From NCBI GenBank assembly GCA_036918135.1, contig JBALDB010000053.1, forward strand, positions 160,001-224,000: DNA of 64,000 nt. The letters are read 5' to 3'. The translations under genes and the position numbers were made by a program. Under the pieces are notes generated by a model. That model searched no databases, had not been told where the DNA came from, and saw only the letters and a program-made list of their open reading frames with translations. The stretch's first letter is position 1. Every line of letters begins with the position of its first letter. This DNA comes from Nostoc sp. GTDB taxonomy: Bacteria; Cyanobacteriota; Cyanobacteriia; Cyanobacteriales; Nostocaceae. This document shows positions 30,592 through 40,111 of this stretch, piece after piece.

Positions 30592-31842
30592 CTACCTAGT
30601 CAACAACTTCCGCCGCAAATTATCTAAGGCTGCATTGGCACTGACATGACGAATTAAAGCTCGGCCTCGCACTGTACCAAACTGATACTCAAAACTTGCC
30701 ACTTCATCGTTTGGCCCAGCTAAACCAATGTAAACTAAACCCACCGACTTAGTATCTGTCCCTCCAGTTGGGCCAGCAATACCAGTAATACTCAATCCCC
30801 AAGTTGTTCCAAGGCGGGTTTTGACTCCAATTGCCATTTGCTCGGCAACAGTAGCGCTTACCGCCCCAAATTTATCTAAATCTTCTGGGTTAACTCCCAG
30901 CAGTCCAACCTTCACCGAATTGTCATAAGAAATTACTCCACCCCAAAAGTAATCAGAACTCCCAGAAATCTCAGTCAACATTTGTCCCAGTCCGCCACCT
31001 GTGCAAGATTCTGCCACTGAAAGCGTTTCTTTTGATGCACGTAACAACTGACCAACAACAAAAGCAAGGGTATCATCATTGATACCGTAAAAATCCAGTC
31101 CGGCAATTTCTTTAATTTGTTTCTCAATGGGTGCAATTAGGGCTTCTGCTGCTGCTTGTGAAGTTGCTTTAGCAGAAACTCGCAATCTTACTTCCCCTTT
31201 ACCTGCATAAGGAGCTACGGTAGGATTTGGCAAATTTAAATAAGAAGCAACCTTTTCTGCTAAAGCAGATTCACCAATACCCCAAAACTTTAAACTCCGG
31301 CTGTAAATAATTTCCTTACCCCAACCTTGACTTTTGAGAAATGGCACAGCTGTTTCTTCCCACATTGGGTGCATTTCACTGGGAACGCCGGGAAAGGTAA
31401 AAATAGTTATTTTAGGACGGGGTTGCCAGATGATACCGGGTGCTGTTCCAGTCGGGTTGGGTAGAATTTCTGCACCTTGGGGAATCAAAGCCTGCTTGCG
31501 GTTACTTGGTGACATAACCCGACCGCGTTGAGCAAATTTTTGGGTTATGTCTTCGATGATGTCAGAGCGTTCTACCAACGGAACTTGAAAAAAATTGGCG
31601 ATTGTTTCGCAGGTGAGGTCATCTGGTGTCGGGCCGAGTCCACCAGTGAAAATAAGAATTTGCGCTCTGGAAATGGCAATTTCTATAACTTGCTTCAAAC
31701 GTTCTGGATTATCCCCAACCACTGTTTGATAGTAGTGGGGGATACCTAGCTGGGCTAATTGTTGCGCCAAAAATTGAGCATTGCCGTTAAGGATATCTCC
31801 CAACAGCAGTTCAGTACCAACACAAATAATTTCTGCACTCAT
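30592..31842 (-). CDS. cinA: Competence/damage-inducible protein CinA
   Basis: AEIICVGTELLLG, GGLGPT.DD, SVAESCTGG and ITGIAGP.GG motifs. Start at ATG 31842; the longer ORF runs through a repeat array. Confidence 0.95.
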   Translation of the reverse strand: MSAEIICVGTELLLGDILNGNAQFLAQQLAQLGIPHYYQTVVGDNPERLKQVIEIAISRAQILIFTGGLGPTPDDLTCETIANFFQVPLVERSDIIEDITQKFAQRGRVMSPSNRKQALIPQGAEILPNPTGTAPGIIWQPRPKITIFTFPGVPSEMHPMWEETAVPFLKSQGWGKEIIYSRSLKFWGIGESALAEKVASYLNLPNPTVAPYAGKGEVRLRVSAKATSQAAAEALIAPIEKQIKEIAGLDFYGINDDTLAFVVGQLLRASKETLSVAESCTGGGLGQMLTEISGSSDYFWGGVISYDNSVKVGLLGVNPEDLDKFGAVSATVAEQMAIGVKTRLGTTWGLSITGIAGPTGGTDTKSVGLVYIGLAGPNDEVASFEYQFGTVRGRALIRHVSANAALDNLRRKLLTR

Positions 31843-31854
31843 TGAATTCGGAAG

Positions 31855-31990
31855 GGAGTAGGGAGTAGGGAGTGGGGAGTGGGGGCAAATGGGGAGATGG
31901 GGAGTGTGGGAAGTGTGGGGAGTGTGGGGAGTGTGGGGGGGAAAGATTTCTTCCCCATCCTCCCACACCTCCCACACCTCCCACACTCCC
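31855..31990. repeat. G-rich STRR/9-mer inverted array between glyA and cinA
   Basis: GGGAGTA units and GGGGAGTGT units followed by complementary CCTCCCACA units. Confidence 0.85.
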
Positions 31991-32005
31991 TGTTTGCCCC
32001 ATGTC

Positions 32006-33289
32006 CTAGACTAGTGCTGGTACAGGAATTTCCAGGTGAGGATATAAGGGGAAGCGATCGCACAATGCTGCTACCCGTTGTTTACAATCTTGGGTAACTA
32101 CATCCGAATCTGGAGAAAGCAGGCGATCGGCAATAATATTTCCAATCTCGGTAAATTCTGCTACTCCCAAGCCCCGCGTAGTCATTGCTGGCGAACCTAA
32201 CCTTAATCCACTAGTAACAAATGGTGACTCCGGATCGAAGGGAACAGTATTTTTATTAGCAGTAATATTCACGGTACTGACTAGCCGATCCGCCTGCTTA
32301 CCAGTTAGACCGATAGACCGTAAATCTACTAACATTAAATGGTTATCAGTACCATTAGATACTAACTTTAAACCCCGGTCTTGCAATTGTTTAGCTAAAG
32401 CACGAGCATTTTCAATCACTTGGGCAGAATAGGTTTTAAACTCAGGCTTCAGGGCTTCTCCAAAAGCCACTGCCTTAGCAGCAATCACGTGTTCCAATGG
32501 CCCGCCCTGGCTACCAGGAAAAACCGATTTATCTAGCTTTTTACCTAGTTCTACGTCATCGGTCAAAATTAAGCCACCTCTAGGGCCGCGTAGAGTCTTA
32601 TGGGTAGTTGTTGTTACTACATGACAATGAGGAATGGGGTCGGGATGAAGACCACTAGCAACTAAACCAGCAATATGGGCGATGTCAGCAAGTAAGTAAG
32701 CGCCGATTTCATCAGCAATGCTGCGGAACTTTTGAAAATCAATCACACGTGGATAAGCAGAATAACCACAAATCAGCAGCTTAGGACGCTCCCTTAGCGC
32801 CAGCTCCCGAATTTGGTCATAGTCAAGTTGTTCTGTTTGTTGGCTGACGCCGTAGTGGCTAACTTGGAACCACTTACCTGAGACATTTACAGGGGAACCG
32901 TGGGTGAGATGTCCCCCATGAGACAAATCCATTCCCATAATTTTGTCTCCTGGTTCCAGCAGCGAGAGGAATACGGCAAAATTAGCCTGTGCGCCAGAAT
33001 GGGGTTGTACATTTGCATGAGCAGCACCAAATATTTGTTTAGCACGGTCGATCGCTAGTTGCTCGATTTTGTCGATAAACTCACAACCGCCATAGTAGCG
33101 TTTACCGGGTAATCCCTCGGCATATTTATTTGTCAGTACCGAACCTTGAGCCGCCAGTACAGCAGCAGAGGTAAAGTTTTCACTCGCAATCAACTCTAAA
33201 TGGTCTTGCTGACGCTGTAGTTCATCGTTGATTAACTCCGCGATCGCCGGATCGCCAGAGGCCAGAAAATCTGAATTAGTCCTAGTCAC
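32006..33289 (-). CDS. glyA: Serine hydroxymethyltransferase
   Basis: [22 protein letters not shown] and [13 protein letters not shown] motifs; start placed at GTG 33289. Confidence 0.98.
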   Translation of the reverse strand: MTRTNSDFLASGDPAIAELINDELQRQQDHLELIASENFTSAAVLAAQGSVLTNKYAEGLPGKRYYGGCEFIDKIEQLAIDRAKQIFGAAHANVQPHSGAQANFAVFLSLLEPGDKIMGMDLSHGGHLTHGSPVNVSGKWFQVSHYGVSQQTEQLDYDQIRELALRERPKLLICGYSAYPRVIDFQKFRSIADEIGAYLLADIAHIAGLVASGLHPDPIPHCHVVTTTTHKTLRGPRGGLILTDDVELGKKLDKSVFPGSQGGPLEHVIAAKAVAFGEALKPEFKTYSAQVIENARALAKQLQDRGLKLVSNGTDNHLMLVDLRSIGLTGKQADRLVSTVNITANKNTVPFDPESPFVTSGLRLGSPAMTTRGLGVAEFTEIGNIIADRLLSPDSDVVTQDCKQRVAALCDRFPLYPHLEIPVPALV

Positions 33290-33705
33290 TTCAATTATCC
33301 TTATAGAAATTTGGACAACGGCTGATTTTGGTTGTATCAGCACCTAAGTTAACAGTCAACAGTCCATAAATCAAAGTAGTTCAATGGTTTTTGACTGGTT
33401 TAGAAAAGCGATTAATCGTCTCCGTAGTTTGGAGGTTTTTTGCGTCAATTTATTTATTAGACCCAAACTCGATTAATGCATTAACAATCATAACGTTGCT
33501 CTTTGAACCTGGGTTAGACGTTCTCAACAAGATTGCTGATTTTCCATTATTCAGATGGAGTTGTGTCAGAGTTGGAAACGAAATAGATTCGTGAAATAAT
33601 TGAAGGCTCCTATTGCGTCATCTACTACATAAAACCCAAACAAATTGTCAAACCTGTGATATTCGCAATTAGCGAGTTGTTAACTACAGTTAAAATTTTC
33701 TGGCG

Positions 33706-33736
33706 TGTAGAGACGTTGCATCGCAACATCTCTACA
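33706..33736. repeat. REP-like palindrome TGTAGAGACGTTGCATCGCAACATCTCTACA
   Basis: Near-perfect inverted repeat; resembles a dispersed Nostocales palindrome. Confidence 0.75.
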
Positions 33737-33798
33737 AGTTTATGTCCTAATGCCTTTAACCTATAATTAAAAGATTCAACGCTACCGAGACAACGACT

Positions 33799-34524
33799 AT
33801 GCTGTCAAAAGATCTCAAAAATGCGTTACCTACAACTGAGGAATTGCTTTGTAGTGACGATACACCCGTGGATAACGAAAACCAAAATTTGTTGCCCAAT
33901 ATTCTACTGTTTTTACTTAACTCGATATGGGCTGCACGGATGGATTGGTTCTTTGGGGTAGACATGGCTGTGTATCACACTACAGGAGCGAATCCCAGAG
34001 TGCCCGTAGTGCCAGATGCATTTTTGAGTGTGGGAGTGGAACGGAAAAAAGGTGGCAAACCACGTACAAGTTACGCAGTTTGGGAAGAAAATGGCGTAGT
34101 TCCTATACTCACATTAGAGATAGTATCCCATACACCAGGGGGTGAGTATGACGAAAAAATGGTGATATATACCAAACTTGGTGTGTTGTACTATGTAATT
34201 TACAATCCAGAATTTTGGCGACGCGACCAACATCAACCATTTGAAGTGTACAAGTTAGTGGATGGTAAGTATCAATTGCAGATAAATGAACCATTATGGA
34301 TGCTAGAAATAGGTTTAGGTATTGGTAGATACCAAGGTATAGTTGGTGGCATTCCACAGGAGTTATTGTCATAGTATGACAAACAGGGCGATCGCTATTT
34401 GACCCTAGAAGAACAAGCTCAGCAAGAAAGACTACGTGCTGAAGCTGAACGACTACACGCTGAACAATTAGCGCAGTATTTGCGATCGTTGGGCATCGAT
34501 CCTGATAATCTACCTAGTAAGTAA
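33799..34524 (+). pseudogene. Uma2 family endonuclease interrupted by an in-frame TAG at 34372-34374
   Basis: SDDTPVDNE.Q, VPDAFL, LEIVS..PGGEY motifs. After ELLS* the frame continues YDKQGDRYLT..E..QQER.RAE...LAQYLRSLGIDPDNL to TAA at 34522-34524, the typical (W)YD.QG.RY tail. Confidence 0.85.
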
Positions 34525-34607
34525 ATCGACGCTAATATTTCAAGCTATGTCAATAGTTAGGCTGCTTATGCTTGAGGGAATGACCGCAAGACAAGGATAA
34601 TAAACCA

Positions 34608-35360
34608 GTGTCCGAGTTTGCAGACAAGGTAGCCATAGTCACTGGCGCAGCAACCGGTCTGAGCGAAGCCATTGCCGTCAAGCTGTACGAGAACGGTGCG
34701 AGGATCGTCCTTGCGGACATCGACATCGCCCAGGCACATGAAGTGGCCGGGCGACTGGATTCGTCTGGCAAGCGTACATATGTCATTGAGACAGACGTAT
34801 CCGATCATCGCGCCGTCGAGGCGATGGTAGCCAAGACAGTGAAGCGCTTCGGGGGGCTACACATGGCTGTCAACAATGCCGGCTTCACAGGATCGCACGA
34901 GACCTGCATTGCTGATTATGAGATTGAATGGTGGCATCGCACGATCGCGACAAATCTAGGCGGCATCTTCTTCGGACTGAAATACGAAATTCCAGCAACG
35001 ATCCAAAGCGGTGGCGGAGTAATTGTCAACATGTCGTCGGTCGCTGGCGCGGTTGGAGTCGCTGGTATCAGTCCCTACGTCGCCGCCAAGCACGGCATCA
35101 TCGGACTGACGAAGGCGGCGGCACTGGAATATGCCAGCCAAGGCATCCGGGCGATCGCAATCGGACCAGGCTATGTTGACACACCCAAGATGCGCGAATT
35201 ACCAGAGGAAGTGCTGGCGCAGATGGCCGCCTCGCACCCTTTAGGTCGCCTCGCACGAACCGAGGAGGTCGCGGACATGGTTAGCTTCTTGTTATCGGAG
35301 CGTGCCTCCTTCGTCACCGGCAGTTTCCATTTGCTGGACGGCGGCTACACCGCGCAGTAG
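34608..35360 (+). CDS. Short-chain dehydrogenase/reductase, high GC
   Basis: TGAATGL, NNAG, NMSS, YVAAK catalytic motif, PG.VDT, DGGYTAQ; GC content clearly above the flanks. Confidence 0.93.
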   Translation: MSEFADKVAIVTGAATGLSEAIAVKLYENGARIVLADIDIAQAHEVAGRLDSSGKRTYVIETDVSDHRAVEAMVAKTVKRFGGLHMAVNNAGFTGSHETCIADYEIEWWHRTIATNLGGIFFGLKYEIPATIQSGGGVIVNMSSVAGAVGVAGISPYVAAKHGIIGLTKAAALEYASQGIRAIAIGPGYVDTPKMRELPEEVLAQMAASHPLGRLARTEEVADMVSFLLSERASFVTGSFHLLDGGYTAQ

Positions 35361-35494
35361 CGATCGCTCTGTTGAGGTAATGCGTTGGCGAAGTGACTCT
35401 CAAAGAGTCTCGTCTCAAATGACTGATTCATAAACAACAAGATTCCCGACTTTTTAAAGAAAGTCGAGAGTCTGAGGTTTAGGATATTCACAAA

Positions 35495-35746
35495 TCAAAT
35501 AGAATTCATATAGCGATTTTGATAGTAAGCCAAAATCTGGTTAACTCGTTGCTGACTTTCTAAAGTAGAGTTTGCTGAGCGCGTAAGCCTTAAGCCACCA
35601 ATTTGACTTTGATTGTAATCAAACTGTTGGGATGACTGGGGAATCAAATCTACTTCTACCCCTTCGACTTGACGTAAATGCGCTGCAATTTCTCGATAAA
35701 CTGCTAAAGGCAAACCAGGGAATTCGATTTTTTCCTTAGTTTCCAT
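35495..35746 (-). CDS. Conserved cyanobacterial hypothetical protein
   Basis: LPLAVYREIAAHLRQVEGV...FDY.QSQIGGL; starts 19 bp after the upstream gene, so probably co-transcribed. Confidence 0.75.
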   Translation of the reverse strand: METKEKIEFPGLPLAVYREIAAHLRQVEGVEVDLIPQSSQQFDYNQSQIGGLRLTRSANSTLESQQRVNQILAYYQNRYMNSI

Positions 35747-35765
35747 CTTTTATTAAGCTCCCACA

Positions 35766-36653
35766 TTAACTGGATTTTGGGGGGGGTGTCTCTAAAATAG
35801 GATTGCCAGTAGCAGATGCCGCTGATGGCGTTGCCGCTGATGGCGTTGAGTTGACAGACCCTTCCCCTACCATTTTGGCAACTTCGATACCATATTGTTC
35901 CAAAATCACAATCGGATTGGAGCCTCCATTCATTTCAATGCGTTTAATCAGTACGCCATTGGCTAATCGCTGTCCCGCCTCCACATAGCGACTCGTCGGC
36001 TCATCTGGTACTTTGATAATTGCCTGTGGTTGCTTACTAATGAGAACTACACCACTCACAACCACTGCTCTTGCTAAATCAGGTTGTTGGGCTGGTGGCA
36101 ATACAGATACTAAAGTTGGGTTGGGCACAACTTGAGGCAAAACCTTAGGCAAGACTGAAGTCAAAGTAGTATTAACTTTAGGCAAACGAGTATTGACTTT
36201 AGCCAAACTAGTATTGACTTTTTTTGGTACAGCAGCGATGTTATTTTTCTTTTGATTGAAAGCTATGGTACTTGTTGGCAGTTTTCGCACTGCTGTTGAT
36301 GCAGTAGGTAGCTTAGGCAACACGGGAACAGCTCTTCCTGATATTTTAGGCACTCCAATAACCGTCTGTCCAAAAATTTCAGCAAACGGGTCAGTACGGT
36401 TTTTTGATACCATAACTACTTTTGCCCGTTCTGTAGGATTAGTAGATTGAATTAAGTTAAGACTTGCAGAAGAAACTTGTGAAACCTGTTTAGCAGGTAC
36501 GACTGGATTCTTAAAAGATTGAGCCGCTGGTTGTGATTTTGCTATTTGAGGAATTGGCGCCGGATTGCTGGCTTGCGGTGTATCTTCAGAAGCACATCCA
36601 GCAATCGCCAAGCTTAAAATAGCTGCAATTGTAATTGTTGAATTTCTGCCCAT
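35766..36653 (-). CDS. Lipoprotein, candidate PilP-like type IV pilus component
   Basis: Lipobox LAIAGC (Cys20), Pro/Ser/Lys-rich linker, RTDPF motif and a C-terminal beta domain (VVVSGVV...AIIKVP.E...RYV.AGQRL.NG..I..I). The CDS is solid; the function is inferred. Confidence 0.7.
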   Translation of the reverse strand: MGRNSTITIAAILSLAIAGCASEDTPQASNPAPIPQIAKSQPAAQSFKNPVVPAKQVSQVSSASLNLIQSTNPTERAKVVMVSKNRTDPFAEIFGQTVIGVPKISGRAVPVLPKLPTASTAVRKLPTSTIAFNQKKNNIAAVPKKVNTSLAKVNTRLPKVNTTLTSVLPKVLPQVVPNPTLVSVLPPAQQPDLARAVVVSGVVLISKQPQAIIKVPDEPTSRYVEAGQRLANGVLIKRIEMNGGSNPIVILEQYGIEVAKMVGEGSVNSTPSAATPSAASATGNPILETPPPKSS

Positions 36654-36817
36654 GAGTCTTTCTTAAAAGCCATTGGAGAATTGAAAACTGGAAATCAATA
36701 TGCCTAAAATTTCTATTCCAGGCAAAGTCTGTTCCCTTTATAACCTAATTTTTGGTTTTTCAAGGGTTATTTTTCGCACCGCTAACCCAGCATAACTGCG
36801 GGTTTACTAATCGGTAG

Positions 36818-37594
36818 CTAATCCTCTGCTACACCCATCAGCTGTTTCATCAAATCCAGGCCTTTCTTAACTCTACGGGAAACAGTTACTACACTGATAC
36901 CTAGATGTTCTGCAACTTGTTTTTGTGTCAAATCTTGCAAAAACACACATTCCAACACATCACGGGTACGTTTTTCTACCTGAACCAATGCTTGTTGCAA
37001 GCGAAGTTGGTCTTCTTGTGCTAGTTGAAAGCTGCGGTAGTGAGGATCGGGAACTAATTCTCCCAAACAAGTAGAGCCTTCTTCTCCATCCTGAACTGGC
37101 ACATCTAAACTCAAGGGAGCGCGATTCACCCATGCTAATTTAATTTCTTGCCATTCAGTTGTAGAAATTTTCAGCGCTGCTGCTAATTCCGAATCTGTTG
37201 GTTGGCGATTATGTGTTTCACGCCAAGAACGTGAAACTCCTATTGCTTGCTGTTGTAGTGCTAACCATCTCCGAGGAATTCGCACGGTGACGCCTTTATC
37301 TCGCAAATAGTGTTGAATTTCCCCTCGAATATAGGGAAGAGCATAGGAACTAAAAGCATGTCCCTTGGAAAGTTCAAATCTTTCAATAGCTCTAATTAAA
37401 CCCAAACATCCAACCTGGAGTAAATCATCATAGGTTTCATGACATTGATTTGTCCAGTAGTGAGCTTCTTTTCTCACAAGTCCAAAATTGAGTTTTACCA
37501 GTTGATTGCGAATATTTTCAGAGCGAGATTGCTGATATTCTCGTAACAACTGCCAAATTTCGTGTTTTAGTTCATTGGTGACTGTGGTAGGCAT
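36818..37594 (-). CDS. sigF: Group 3 RNA polymerase sigma factor SigF
   Basis: DDLLQVG.LGLIRAIERF, YIRGEIQHYLRD and C-terminal HTH. Lies downstream of psbO, as I recall for Anabaena PCC 7120. Start placed at ATG 37594. Confidence 0.88.
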   Translation of the reverse strand: MPTTVTNELKHEIWQLLREYQQSRSENIRNQLVKLNFGLVRKEAHYWTNQCHETYDDLLQVGCLGLIRAIERFELSKGHAFSSYALPYIRGEIQHYLRDKGVTVRIPRRWLALQQQAIGVSRSWRETHNRQPTDSELAAALKISTTEWQEIKLAWVNRAPLSLDVPVQDGEEGSTCLGELVPDPHYRSFQLAQEDQLRLQQALVQVEKRTRDVLECVFLQDLTQKQVAEHLGISVVTVSRRVKKGLDLMKQLMGVAED

Positions 37595-38144
37595 AGCACC
37601 GGGTTTATTGAGCAAATAAAGAATTAATAACTGGCGCTTAAACTCAGCTGCGCTCGCGCACAATATCAAATAAAATATCGTGCTATATGCCCTAGTAAAT
37701 CTATGAAAAATAACAAATTCTTCGATAATTTTTCCCTAGTTTACTTGACAATTGAGCAATATTTAAATGGGCAAAATCTGTCGTTATTTAATTTTTTATC
37801 CACAAAGAATTCAAGAGTCAAGACTGGAGCCAAAGATGCTCCCAAATTATGACTTCTGAATTATTCTTCAATTAATTTGGTTATTAGCTGTAGTTTTTAA
37901 ACAAAAACTGCATAGAAATAAAATATATAATTAATTACTAAATATCAAACCGAGATTGTACTTAATTTATTTAATTAATGCGGAAATTCACTTCTAGAAA
38001 CAAGACGATAATGGTGAGAATTTTATTAGATAAATCAAAACTGAATTTCCAGTAAAATTACATATAGACTTAAAAAAATTCATTTAGTATTCAAAAATTA
38101 CTAAATAAAAGTTAAAACTTAGTATGTATATTTACGCAAGTAAT

Positions 38145-38167
38145 AAAAAAAGGGCATTTTGCCCTTT
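38145..38167 (-). terminator. Intrinsic terminator after psbO
   Basis: Minus strand reads AAAGGGCA-AAA-TGCCCTTT followed by more T residues. Confidence 0.65.
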
Positions 38168-38313
38168 ACTGTAGTTAATTTATAGCGATTTTGTAAAAAC
38201 CCACTTACCCCCTAAATAAAAGGGAGTAAGGGATTAACTCTTGCGATCGAAGCTGATGCTGACAGAATTCTAGTTCTGAATGCTAGTCAGTTACCTAACT
38301 CAAGAGGATTTAG

Positions 38314-39147
38314 CTATGATTTTGATTCAACCCGACCGTAAAATATACCGCGAATCTTAACTTCTTTAGGTTCGCCAGCACCTAAATCGGTATCAGATGG
38401 CTGTTCGCTGAGGAAAGTACCAGCAATTTCACCACTACCGCTATCTACCTTAGCTATTTGCAGAGAAATCTTACCATTGAGAATTTCAGCACGCTTGACG
38501 TTAGTACGGGTAAGTTCTTCATCATCCGCTTGAGCAGGTAGAGCCACGGCGTTATCATACCCACTAACGACACCACGACCTTTAGGATCTAGGAAGGCAG
38601 CACCACGATAGGAAGGAACTTTGAAAGAGCCTTCAAAGTCGGTGGAAGTATTAATACTGGTCAAATTGGGTTGGGTTTGAGCAACTAAATTTTTGATCGT
38701 GAACAAGAAAGGTACTCGCTCACCACCAGGGAGTTGTACAGTGATGGCTTGGAAGTCAAGACCATCAGTCTCTACAAAAGTCAGACTATTATCTGAGTTG
38801 AATTTCAAGTCGCCTTGTACCTGGTCAATGCTGGAAGTGTATCTAGTCAACAATTTGCCAGCAACAAATTCTGCTTCTTGCCGTTTATTAGCAGGTTCTT
38901 CTTTGATGAAAAAACTAGTTGGTTCCAAGCAAAGTTCTTTGATGGTATAGGACTGGCTAGAATCAAGGGGAATAGAACCACGCCTTGTTTCTGTTAGTTG
39001 AGGGCATTTATTAGCCAAGCCAGTGCCTCGAATTTGTTCGTAAGTGAGTACATCCCTACCACTACTAGTGGCAGGAGCATCACTACAAGCTGTTATCAAC
39101 CCCAGGCACAAAGCCAAAAATGCGACAATTAAAGCGCGATACCTCAT
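38314..39147 (-). CDS. psbO: Photosystem II manganese-stabilising protein
   Basis: LTYEQIRGTGLANKCP, VQLPGGERVPFLFT, FLDPKGRG and QPSDTDLG motifs. Confidence 0.98.
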   Translation of the reverse strand: MRYRALIVAFLALCLGLITACSDAPATSSGRDVLTYEQIRGTGLANKCPQLTETRRGSIPLDSSQSYTIKELCLEPTSFFIKEEPANKRQEAEFVAGKLLTRYTSSIDQVQGDLKFNSDNSLTFVETDGLDFQAITVQLPGGERVPFLFTIKNLVAQTQPNLTSINTSTDFEGSFKVPSYRGAAFLDPKGRGVVSGYDNAVALPAQADDEELTRTNVKRAEILNGKISLQIAKVDSGSGEIAGTFLSEQPSDTDLGAGEPKEVKIRGIFYGRVESKS

Positions 39148-39608
39148 GGTCAACCTCAATCTCAAAAATTAATATCTAAGTTGTAAAACTGCATCGAACT
39201 GTGTTATGTATGTGACGCCACTACATACAGCCTATGGTTTAATGGGTAAATCAGCCAGATCATACGATTTTTTTTAACTCAAAATCAAAGTACTCTAGTC
39301 TCAACCAAAAATGTTTATATCGCCTCTAGCTCCTGTGAAGGCTATGCTAAAGCGTACTACGCTGTTTTAAAAGCGATCGCAATTGCTTTTCATAAAGATA
39401 CAAATCTAGTTATACTCAGCCCTGACTGAGGGAGCGGAGACTAGGGGACATGGGGATACGGTGAATTCAGGAAAAATCTCTAGAAAACTCTACATTAGGT
39501 TTGTCTGGTTGGGTAAAGTGACAGCTATGAAATCAGTAGTGGCAAACTAGGGAAAATTAAAAATCTCCGCTAAATTTGAGTTGAGTTGATTTACACGCAA
39601 AGGGTGGG

Positions 39609-39953
39609 ATGAACAACAAAACTATTGAATCACAGAAGTTGTCCTCAAAACTGCAAGCGATCGCAACTGTGGTACATGATACAGTTGAAAGTTGTCAAGG
39701 CGATACTGTAGCTCTGTTGTCTTTGCTACGAGAATTGGAGCAGTTACACCGAGAAATCCGAGATGGGGTATTTCAACAGAGTTTGCCTGTCAACCGTCGC
39801 CAACTCTACTCACTGCTTAAAGATATTGAATCTGAGGGAGGCTGGCCTTATATTGAGCGGATGAAATTACAAGCTTTTTTAGCGAATTTGCCACAAGAAG
39901 ACACTCAAGAAAATAACCCTGAGGTTTTGGAGAGCGATCGCTCTTTTGGTTAA
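39609..39953 (+). CDS. Conserved cyanobacterial hypothetical protein
   Basis: LLSLLR.LE.LHREIR...LP.NR..LY.LLKDIE..GGWPYI.RM pattern. Confidence 0.75.
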   Translation: MNNKTIESQKLSSKLQAIATVVHDTVESCQGDTVALLSLLRELEQLHREIRDGVFQQSLPVNRRQLYSLLKDIESEGGWPYIERMKLQAFLANLPQEDTQENNPEVLESDRSFG

Positions 39954-40111
39954 TCGAGTCCAAATCAATTGCTAAACCAAAAATCATTAGTCATTTGTCA
40001 TTGGTCAGTCATTAATTAGGGACTTCTAGAAAATAAATTATCCGATTTCACACCCATCAAAATGACTTTCTCTCCCGCTGCTCCTTGCTCCCTGCTCCCT
40101 GTGTCCTCTGC

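Noticed and set aside
31843..32097. Extended cinA N-terminus and overlapping short ORFs
   Set aside because: They are translations of the G-rich repeat array (PHTPHT, WEVWEV); CinA homology starts at MSAEIIC.
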